Below are positions 17,597 to 25,112 of a DNA stretch of 25,112 nucleotides, piece after piece. The stretch covers positions 1-25,112 of the forward strand of contig CAYLZE010000069.1 in assembly GCA_964388035.1 (NCBI GenBank), given 5' to 3'. Every line of letters begins with the position of its first letter. Position 1 is the first letter of the stretch. The position numbers and the translations under genes are program-made. Below the pieces are notes generated by a model, which had not been told where the DNA came from, ran no database searches, and worked only from the letters and a program-made list of their open reading frames with translations. This DNA is from an uncultured archaeon. Its GTDB lineage: Archaea > Asgardarchaeota > Lokiarchaeia > Sigyniarchaeales > SOKP01.

Positions 17597-17749
17597 AGTT
17601 CATTTTTTTACCCTTTTTCGAGAAAAGATTAGAGGATCCAACAATTTAAGGTACAAGTTCTAATCACATTCTAATTCAATAATAAACTGAAAGAAAAGAT
17701 GAAATCTTTGCCATGGCTAAGTCGATTTAAAAGATACTCCCCAATCATG

Positions 17750-19159
17750 CTATTCCGGACTTTTGTTACAAACAACATTAAGGATTGTATCGGCTAAGTC
17801 GATATCCTTCTTGGCGATCGAAAGAGTCGTGCCATTTGCAGTGATTTTTAATGGGAGCTCTTTTTTATCCGGTTCAAGGCATGCTTTCTCAATAGTGCCC
17901 CACGTTTGTTGAGAAAACGTAATTGATATATCTTGTTCGTTAAATCCCGTAAAATTGATAACGTGAACGAGTCTATTGGAATAATATTCCGTTCCAATGG
18001 ACCCAAAATGGGGATCATTTATCGCAACACCGGGAACACTCTCTCCTTTATAGCTCATGGGAATAGCTTCTCTAAATAGTTTTCTTCTCTTTTCATACCA
18101 TTTACCAAATAGTTCCACATTTTGAGCGGGCTCAGGATATAACTCTCCATTCATTTGGGAGGGCAAACCAAAGCAGTATTTTCCCCCACTAGCCATTACT
18201 ATAGATGCAATGCGAAAAATCTCGTGAGGATCGGGTCTCGCAATGGGAAGATCCCATTCATAAGCTGCCGGACCACATAATTCCCATGGCTTGTTCTTAT
18301 GTCTATATCTCTGGCAATTTTTCCACGCAGTATTCACGTCATGGGCTTCTCCTGCCAAGTAATGGGCATATTTCGGTCGTTTGTCTATGCTCATGTTAAA
18401 GGCAAGGACCGTATTGGGATAATTTTTCTGCATGAATTCCATGATCAAGGACGTGGATGCATCATTCCAGTACCAATCCATCCACATCCCATCCGGTTCA
18501 TAGGTATCTATGAGTTCCTTCATTTGTCCGAGTAAATATCTTTCATACTTTTCGGGATTATAGTGATACTCATGGTATTCAACAGGTTGATAGAATTTTC
18601 CCTCAACGGAGAATTCTCCCTCGTAAGGGATTTCTCTTTCCTTGATTTCTGCTTGATTAACCTCCCAGATTAATTTAATGAAATTCAGGCATTGTTCTGC
18701 AATGGCTTTTTTATCTTCTCCGTGCATTGCAATAAAGGAAGGTGTTATTTCTCTTACGGGCTGTATCTCATCAAATTGGGGATTGTGATCGAATATATTG
18801 GAATAATAAAATAGAAAAGGGATCCCCGCTTTTTTGCTTTCTTCGGCAAAGATCTTGCAATAATCAATAGGGGTTTTCCATCGCGTAAGCTTGGAGTTCC
18901 AATAACAAATCCCATCATGCCATTTTGATTCAAACACGTGATAATCCACCCCGACTTTTTTTGAAAACTTGACCCACTCTTGCATGGTACAAAAGGGGCC
19001 ATTAAATTGTAAGTTCCCTTGATCATCCATCATGGAGGTGTTAAATTTAACATAATTTCTGTTCCATAACCATCCGGGGCGCGACTCGATTTGATATTGA
19101 ATCGAGAAACCGGGCTTTTCCCACCATTCTCTTACATCTTCACTTTTTTTATTATACAT
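17750..19159 (-). CDS. Glycoside hydrolase family 29 (alpha-L-fucosidase-like), divergent
   Basis: WV...GVDYHVFESKWHDGICYWNS (compare KHHDGF), GIPFLFYYS, QMKELIDTYEPDGMWMD (nucleophile region), FGKWY, C-terminal beta domain. Confidence 0.75.
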   Translation of the reverse strand: MYNKKSEDVREWWEKPGFSIQYQIESRPGWLWNRNYVKFNTSMMDDQGNLQFNGPFCTMQEWVKFSKKVGVDYHVFESKWHDGICYWNSKLTRWKTPIDYCKIFAEESKKAGIPFLFYYSNIFDHNPQFDEIQPVREITPSFIAMHGEDKKAIAEQCLNFIKLIWEVNQAEIKEREIPYEGEFSVEGKFYQPVEYHEYHYNPEKYERYLLGQMKELIDTYEPDGMWMDWYWNDASTSLIMEFMQKNYPNTVLAFNMSIDKRPKYAHYLAGEAHDVNTAWKNCQRYRHKNKPWELCGPAAYEWDLPIARPDPHEIFRIASIVMASGGKYCFGLPSQMNGELYPEPAQNVELFGKWYEKRRKLFREAIPMSYKGESVPGVAINDPHFGSIGTEYYSNRLVHVINFTGFNEQDISITFSQQTWGTIEKACLEPDKKELPLKITANGTTLSIAKKDIDLADTILNVVCNKSPE

Positions 19160-19351
19160 GATATAACTCCTTGCATTATCTTGCCTCGATCGTGGCCATT
19201 AAATATGATTCAAGATTATTAATGCTCGTTTTATTAATAATTGATAGAGGACTTTAAATTAATTATAAGATGATCTATTATAACTATTTTCTCTTAAATG
19301 AAAGTAAGTGTTTAATGATATAGAATTACAGTATTCAAAAAGAATAGAACC

Positions 19352-20464
19352 ATGTCGGATAAAGATGAAGTGTTGATAGATGCGGATCTCCTTGAAGAGT
19401 TCATGAGAGTGGTGTTTCAAGAGCTTGGAGTTCCCGAAGAAGATGCAAAAATCATTGCGGAAGTTTTAATTACCTCCGATTTGAGGGGGATTGAAACCCA
19501 TGGGGTTCAAAGATTCAAAATGTATTACGACAGGATCCGGGCAGGCATGTATGAACCCATCACTAAAATCGATATCGTGAAGGATGGACCAACTACTGCC
19601 TTGTGGGATGGTAATAATGGAATGGGACATGTCATTGGCTATAAAGCCATGAAAACGGCGATTGAAAAGGCCAAGAAGTATGGTTTAGGTGCCGTGGCGG
19701 TGAGAAATTCCACTCATTTTGGAATTGCGGGGTATTATTCTCTCATGGCAATAAGGGAAGGCATGATTGGGATTAGCAGCACGAATGCCCGTCCTTCCAT
19801 TCCCCCGACATTTGGCTGCGAGCCCATGCTAGGCACGAATCCTTTAACGATAGGGGCTCCCACGGATGAAGACTTTCCCTTCTTGCTTGACTGTGCCACA
19901 TCCATTATTCAGAGGGGGAAAGTGGAGGCATATGCACGAATTAATAAAATTCTACCTGAGAATACCGTTATTGATGAGAAAGGCGAGGAATTAAGAAATC
20001 CCGAGGAAGTTTTAAAAAAAATGCTTGAGAGAAAAGCTTGCCTACTACCATTGGGCGGAAAAGGGGAGGATACGGCAGGATACAAGGGATATGGATACGC
20101 TACCGTCGTGGAACTTTTGTGTGCAGCCTTGAGCGATGGAATTTACTTGAGAGATACATTAGGAATCACTGAAAACGGACAAAAGCGATTGAAAGTGGGA
20201 CATTTCTTCTTAGCGATTAATCTTGCTAATTTTACGGGAGTAGATTCCTTTAAAGCAACGGCGGGAAACATTATGAGGGGGCTTCGCGGATCAAGGAAGA
20301 TTCCGGGAGAAGAACGGATCTATACGGCGGGAGAGAAAGAGCATGATATGACCATGGGGCGAAAGAAAAGGGGGATTCCCATAAATAAAAGTATTCAAAC
20401 CGACCTCTTGGAAATGCAAAAAGAATTGGGATTGATGCAATATAAGTTCCCTTTCTCTGAATAG
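19352..20464 (+). CDS. Ldh_2 family (type 2 malate/L-lactate/sulfolactate dehydrogenase-like) oxidoreductase
   Basis: SDLRGIETHGV, DGNNGMGHV, VRNSTHFGIAGYY, GTNPL, LDCATS, GYKGYG, RIYTAGEKE. Confidence 0.93.
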   Translation: MSDKDEVLIDADLLEEFMRVVFQELGVPEEDAKIIAEVLITSDLRGIETHGVQRFKMYYDRIRAGMYEPITKIDIVKDGPTTALWDGNNGMGHVIGYKAMKTAIEKAKKYGLGAVAVRNSTHFGIAGYYSLMAIREGMIGISSTNARPSIPPTFGCEPMLGTNPLTIGAPTDEDFPFLLDCATSIIQRGKVEAYARINKILPENTVIDEKGEELRNPEEVLKKMLERKACLLPLGGKGEDTAGYKGYGYATVVELLCAALSDGIYLRDTLGITENGQKRLKVGHFFLAINLANFTGVDSFKATAGNIMRGLRGSRKIPGEERIYTAGEKEHDMTMGRKKRGIPINKSIQTDLLEMQKELGLMQYKFPFSE

Positions 20465-20491
20465 AATTATTTTATTTATACTACAATTTCC

Positions 20492-21946
20492 TCATTTATT
20501 TTCAGTTTTTAAAAAAACACCATTAGTACGTCCAATAAATGGTTCGGAATGAATGATGATTTCGATGAATTCTTCCAATTTCAATTCATTTTTTATATCT
20601 TGTTCCAGTTGAGTAACTATTTCATGTACTTTCGAAATGTCCAAAGTCCCTTCGAAGAAAACATGAATCTCGAGAATGTAATAATCAAACGACTTCCAAA
20701 ACTCCAAGCCATGATATCCTTTCACGAATGCATTTTGTTTTAATACTTCCTCTATTTTTTTTTGAAGCTGTTCTTTAGTTTGTTCACCGTTTAATCCAAG
20801 AGAAATTTTTTCCTCTCCCAGTTTTTTATAGGTAGTGAGGGGTTCTATGTGAGTAATAATTCTCGTTACTTGGGGTGCTTGTTCTTTAATCCTATTTTCA
20901 AATTGGGTGGAAATATCGTGGGCTTGTTGAAGAGAGAGTTCCGGATTCATTAGAATTGTAAAGGAGAGAAATAATTTTTCCTCTAAGGAAAGCAGGTTAA
21001 AGTCCTTGAATTCCATGATCTGAGGATATTCGGGAATCGTAGAGTAAATGATGTTCATGAGATTTTCCTTGTAGGAGGTCTCACTCCCCAAAGGATTCAT
21101 TTCTATGATCATTTCAATATCATAGTTAGGAGCCAATTTCTTTGCTAATGATTTTACTTCATTAGGAATTTCATTGGCTCTTGCTATCGAAATGTGGTCC
21201 TCTACTGAAAGAATTAAATCTATGAATAGTTTGTCATTATCGCTTCTCAATTTCAATTCTTCCACCCCGTTGACATATTTTATATCAAAAATCTTGGATC
21301 TAAACTCCTCCATGACATATCTATTTATGGGATTTACGTCCATTAGGTTATCTACCCCTTCTTTTGAGAGCTTGGAGGCTCCTCGGATGATCCAAATGGA
21401 TATAATAATGCTAATAATCGGATCGAAAATAACAATTCCAAAAAACGTTAGTACAAAATCAAACATCACCAAGAGTGCTCGAAGAGAATCCTGAAATAAA
21501 TTTAGTCCCTGAATCTCTAATGATAGGCTTTTTCTCTTTTTTCCCTGCGATATGAGGATCCTTGAATAACTCACATTTACCACAAAAGAAATTACCAAGA
21601 GAAAAATCCCTGCTTCAGCATTATTGATTTCTATAACTCCGCTGATTAATACTCGAATTGCATTGTAAATGAGAAGACCATAAATGATAATGATGACAAT
21701 CCCTTGGATTAACGCCCCTATGGAATCGATTTTTGCATGCCCGAACATGTGGTCAAAATCAGCCGGTTGCTCGGCTTGATAAAGAAAATAGATTGTGAGG
21801 GCGATAAATCCTATATCTACAAAAGTGTCCACGGTTTCGGAAAGAAAGCTTAAACTATCGGTCAATAACACCCCAATTAGTTTCAAGACAGACTGAAAAA
21901 GGATCACGCTTAGGGTGTAAAAACCGAATTTTATTTTCGTGTTCAA
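20492..21946 (-). CDS. Cation diffusion facilitator (FieF-like) with three tandem C-terminal dimerisation domains
   Basis: Six-TM core (SLSFLSETVDTFVD, PADFDHMFGHAKID, NLFQD, DPIISIII) followed by three repeats ending IIEMNP, ITHIEP and IIHSEP. TTG start with AGGAGTGA upstream. Confidence 0.9.
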   Translation of the reverse strand: MNTKIKFGFYTLSVILFQSVLKLIGVLLTDSLSFLSETVDTFVDIGFIALTIYFLYQAEQPADFDHMFGHAKIDSIGALIQGIVIIIIYGLLIYNAIRVLISGVIEINNAEAGIFLLVISFVVNVSYSRILISQGKKRKSLSLEIQGLNLFQDSLRALLVMFDFVLTFFGIVIFDPIISIIISIWIIRGASKLSKEGVDNLMDVNPINRYVMEEFRSKIFDIKYVNGVEELKLRSDNDKLFIDLILSVEDHISIARANEIPNEVKSLAKKLAPNYDIEMIIEMNPLGSETSYKENLMNIIYSTIPEYPQIMEFKDFNLLSLEEKLFLSFTILMNPELSLQQAHDISTQFENRIKEQAPQVTRIITHIEPLTTYKKLGEEKISLGLNGEQTKEQLQKKIEEVLKQNAFVKGYHGLEFWKSFDYYILEIHVFFEGTLDISKVHEIVTQLEQDIKNELKLEEFIEIIIHSEPFIGRTNGVFLKTENK

Positions 21947-22068
21947 TGCTTATCACTCCTCTATCATTACAATTTAAAATTTTGATTGGAAAGGAAATGA
22001 AAAAAATAGTTCCTTGCTTTTTAAATTTATCACTGAAATAAAAATTGAAGATTAGAATGGATGAGCCT

Positions 22069-23403
22069 CTAGGCTTTATATTGATCCTTGAGGAAGTTCA
22101 TGATAAATCCCTTCACCTTGTCCCGGTCAGGCAAGCTCGCTATCATGCCGTACATCGCTGCTTCCCCCTCATCTATTTTTCCCGGATTCTTTTTTGTTTC
22201 AATAACCGCATTTTTTAGATCGTTTAAAAATTGATCGGCTACTTCCGCATGATGAGGATTGACTATCATGTGAAGTGCCGGGGGGAATTGTAATCTATCA
22301 AGATGCCATCCCTTCGAATCCAAGACATCCCCTAATTGAAAAATGTTAAATTCATCAGAAGTAAACGAAAAAACACTCATTACGGGAGTTCCCAGGACGC
22401 GGAGAGAATCGAGGTGATTAATTCCCGTTATTAATTTTTTCGTGGTCTTCATCACGATATCCGCTAAATTGAGATATCCCTTCCGCCCTAAGGCTTTCAT
22501 ACCTGACCACGTGGCAGCAATCGGTCCTCCTGCTCGGGTGCCCCGCATTGTTGGCGCAACATACACCCCGCCCGACCAATCAGCATAGACATAGAGCTGA
22601 TATTTCCAAATCTTATCGCTTCGATATATAATGGTTGACGTTCCTTTCGCTCCATACCCGTATTTATGCGTGTCTGCCGAGATGGACGTGACTCCTGGCA
22701 CGGAAAAATCAAAATCGGGAACAGGATACCCCAATTCTTTTACAAAAGGGAGCATAAATCCTCCCAGACAAGCATCTACGTGCATGCCTATATTACGTTC
22801 TTTTGCCAAGGCCGCAATTTCAGCAATTGGATCGACCACGCCCCGCGGATAATCGCACGCGGATCCCACTAAAAGGATGGCATTTTCGGTGATTGCCTCT
22901 TTCATGGCTTTCACATCTGCAAGATGGGTTTCTTTATCAACAGGAACCCTAATAGATTTTACCTTGAAATAATCCGCTCCTTTTTCAAAAGCCGGATGTG
23001 CGGAACTGGGTAAAATCATCTCCGGTTTTTCTATATCGGGGTATTTATCTTCCGCCCATTCCCGGTATGTCAAGATGGCGGTCATGATGGATTCCGTGCC
23101 GCCAGAAGTCATGCTCCCGCAACACTTCTTATCTCCTTGAAAAAGATCGGCAACCATTGACACCACCTCCGTTTCATATTTTCTCAAGCTCGGAAAGGCT
23201 AAGGGACTCAGAGCATTCTCGGAAAAATATCGATTATGCACCTTTTTCAGAAACTCGGTATGTTCATCGGTGGCATGATATACCAAGCTCCATACCCTTC
23301 CTTCTTCCCAATTGACATCGCCCGATTCACTAGCATTCATTTCTTCGAGAATTTTATCATGGTCCATTCCTTCCTCAGGTATGAGAATTTTAGGTCTTGT
23401 CAT
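22069..23403 (-). CDS. Sphingosine-1-phosphate lyase-like PLP enzyme (group II decarboxylase fold), soluble type
   Basis: TSGGTESI, HPAFEKG, HVDACLGGF, SADTHKYGY (PLP lysine), DWSGGVY..PT..GTR and C-terminal AAMYGM match the S1P-lyase subgroup better than MfnA or GadB. Confidence 0.8.
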   Translation of the reverse strand: MTRPKILIPEEGMDHDKILEEMNASESGDVNWEEGRVWSLVYHATDEHTEFLKKVHNRYFSENALSPLAFPSLRKYETEVVSMVADLFQGDKKCCGSMTSGGTESIMTAILTYREWAEDKYPDIEKPEMILPSSAHPAFEKGADYFKVKSIRVPVDKETHLADVKAMKEAITENAILLVGSACDYPRGVVDPIAEIAALAKERNIGMHVDACLGGFMLPFVKELGYPVPDFDFSVPGVTSISADTHKYGYGAKGTSTIIYRSDKIWKYQLYVYADWSGGVYVAPTMRGTRAGGPIAATWSGMKALGRKGYLNLADIVMKTTKKLITGINHLDSLRVLGTPVMSVFSFTSDEFNIFQLGDVLDSKGWHLDRLQFPPALHMIVNPHHAEVADQFLNDLKNAVIETKKNPGKIDEGEAAMYGMIASLPDRDKVKGFIMNFLKDQYKA

Positions 23404-23616
23404 TTTTTTAATACCTTCTTTTTTTCAATTCGATCATTTCTCTAATAAGGAGATATTTGGTTGAAAGGTTTTAAAATTACACACTAGAAAATTTATAAAG
23501 ATCAAATAAAAAAAATCATTTTTCCTTTCAATTGAAGGAAGCACGATTTTCCCATTAAACTGAATAGAGAAAAAAGAAGAAGATTACTTTAAATTTTGAA
23601 TTTTCAGCTTTCCTTT

Positions 23617-24852
23617 TTAAAGTACCTCTCTGGGAACAATTAATTCCAAATCAGAGGTGGGATAGGAAGAGCAAGGATGGAAAAAATTGAATTTTTTGTC
23701 TCCCGCTCTTCTCCAATCGGAGAGGGGATTCACGTACACGGTTCCCGAAACCAAGAGGGTGCGGCAAAACCCGCATTCTCCCGAGCGACATTTGGAAGGG
23801 GGAGCCAATCGAGCCCGTTCCAATGCAACCAGCACGGATTCTGTTGCTATTGCGGGAAGTTCCTTGGTTAGATTACCGATCGTAGCTTTTACCTTGAAGC
23901 TTTTCTCAGCAAGCTCTTGAGGAAATCCGGGAAGCCCTAACACATCTTTAGTTTCTCCAAATGCCTCGCGTCGGATCCTTTTTTTCGGTAAGGAAAATTT
24001 CTCCAGTTGCTTCTCCACGAAATTATACATCACTTGAGGACCGCACATGAAATAAGAACTATTCTTAATGTCGGAATGTTTCTCGATAATATCTGCCGTG
24101 ATGAATCCCGTTTCACATCCTTCCAAGGTGACTTCCTCGCAGCTTAACACGACCATCATCTTGATCTTGTCCGGGTGTTCCATTTCCCACTTCTTGAATT
24201 CCTCGTAGAAAATAATATCGTCTTCTTCACTGCTACCATATAATAAGGTCAATTTGGCATCTATCTTTCCGTCTACGATATCCCTTGCCATGGAGCGGAA
24301 GGGAGTAATCCCAGATCCTCCTGCCAATCCTACGATCTGCCGAGCGTCTCTCATGGGTTCATAATAAAAAAGTCCCTCTGGTCCTGACGTTACTACCTTC
24401 GTACCCACTTTCCAAGCGTCCCAAATATAATTCGTTAAGAATCCATGCTGTTCCTTCTTGATGGTGATATCATAAAATCCTCGCAGTGCTTCGGAAGGAG
24501 AAGAAGAAATAGAATATGGTCGGGTGATTTTTACTCCATTAACATTAACTTTAATGCTTAAATATTGACCCGCTCTAAAAAAGGCGAGCTGCTGGGTCCC
24601 AGATTCCGGATCGGGTACCATTCGATAGGTTTTCGTGGATTTTGTTTCGTCTTTTATCTCGCTGATCTTTAAATATTGTCTCTTGGGATGCAGTTTTTGG
24701 GTTAATTCATTCATGGGGTCCGTTCTAATAGGTTCACTGGATGCTTCTTCAATGCGTTTTTTACGACCAGGAACTAGTTTTGTAAAAAGTAAGATGTCCT
24801 TGGTATTGCTCTTAACCGTGATTTTAAATTCTTGATCTTGCTTTCCGCTCAT
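23617..24852 (-). CDS. Ferredoxin-NAD(P)+ reductase family flavoprotein with C-terminal [2Fe-2S] domain (PaaE/Hcr-type architecture)
   Basis: FRAGQY, RPYSISSSP, GPEGLF, AGGSGITP, MCGP, REAF, CRSGECGFC...HPC. Confidence 0.93.
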   Translation of the reverse strand: MSGKQDQEFKITVKSNTKDILLFTKLVPGRKKRIEEASSEPIRTDPMNELTQKLHPKRQYLKISEIKDETKSTKTYRMVPDPESGTQQLAFFRAGQYLSIKVNVNGVKITRPYSISSSPSEALRGFYDITIKKEQHGFLTNYIWDAWKVGTKVVTSGPEGLFYYEPMRDARQIVGLAGGSGITPFRSMARDIVDGKIDAKLTLLYGSSEEDDIIFYEEFKKWEMEHPDKIKMMVVLSCEEVTLEGCETGFITADIIEKHSDIKNSSYFMCGPQVMYNFVEKQLEKFSLPKKRIRREAFGETKDVLGLPGFPQELAEKSFKVKATIGNLTKELPAIATESVLVALERARLAPPSKCRSGECGFCRTLLVSGTVYVNPLSDWRRAGDKKFNFFHPCSSYPTSDLELIVPREVL

Positions 24853-25112
24853 TTTAGCTCACCTTTATTAATTAAATCTTGTAGAGTTAGTAATCCTGCG
24901 GTTTCGCCATCTTTCATGGAACTACTGTAACCGTGACATCTCTTACCAAATCCACCACAAAACTCTAGCCCATCAATGTATTTTTCATCTTGCATGGTCA
25001 TTAATCTGGGAATAACGGAATCCCATGAATCAGGTTCGTAACCATACACGACCCCATTATAAGATCCCGTATATCGTGCAAAAGTCTCCGGGGACGCAAC
25101 TTCGATTTCTTC
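24849..25112 (-). CDS. 3' end of a phytoene desaturase / retinol saturase-like FAD oxidoreductase (truncated by window edge)
   Basis: The frame is open to the window end: EEIEVASPETFARYTGSYNGVVYGYE...IDGLEFCGG...GYSSSMKDGETAG, resembling the TPxTxxRY...GxxYG...LYxxG tail of this family. Its stop overlaps the next start (ATGA). Confidence 0.75.
   Translation of the reverse strand, partial: EEIEVASPETFARYTGSYNGVVYGYEPDSWDSVIPRLMTMQDEKYIDGLEFCGGFGKRCHGYSSSMKDGETAGLLTLQDLINKGELK

Noticed and set aside
367-24835. The many 60-135 aa ORFs in the track that are antisense or out of frame to larger genes (e.g. 2003-2341, 3174-3527, 3387-3599, 13545-13952, 21174-21494)
   Set aside because: They overlap well-supported genes and show no family motifs; treated as shadow ORFs.
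1-25112. CRISPR array, tRNA/rRNA, transposase or integrase
   Set aside because: No regularly spaced repeats, cloverleaf or rRNA-like segments, or recombinase motifs were seen.

Overview
AT-rich window of about 20 genes. It is most likely archaeal, and a Lokiarchaeia/Asgard origin is inferred from the expanded cytoplasmic PAS-kinase family ending in KIWxENRVxxDYxxGSN, the FmdE gene, the C-terminally anchored ABC binding protein and the T-tract terminators. From left to right: (1) a divergent metal-uptake cassette (trmO-like gene and atypical ZnuA/TroA-type binding protein on the minus strand; FmdE, ABC ATPase, ABC permease and SAM methyltransferase on the plus strand) with two 28-bp NikR-like boxes in its 98-bp divergent spacer; (2) two DNA methyltransferases with no visible restriction partner, flanking a long coiled-coil protein and a DUF6125/V4R-like protein; (3) three paralogous soluble PAS histidine kinases and a stand-alone receiver; (4) a divergent GH29-like hydrolase, an Ldh_2 dehydrogenase, a CDF transporter with three C-terminal domains, a sphingosine-1-phosphate-lyase-like enzyme, an FNR-[2Fe-2S] reductase and the truncated 3' end of a phytoene-desaturase-family flavoprotein. 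No rRNA, tRNA, CRISPR array or transposase was recognised. The best candidate for an undescribed system is the metal cassette at 253-4951. All family calls come from motif recognition by eye; no searches were run.
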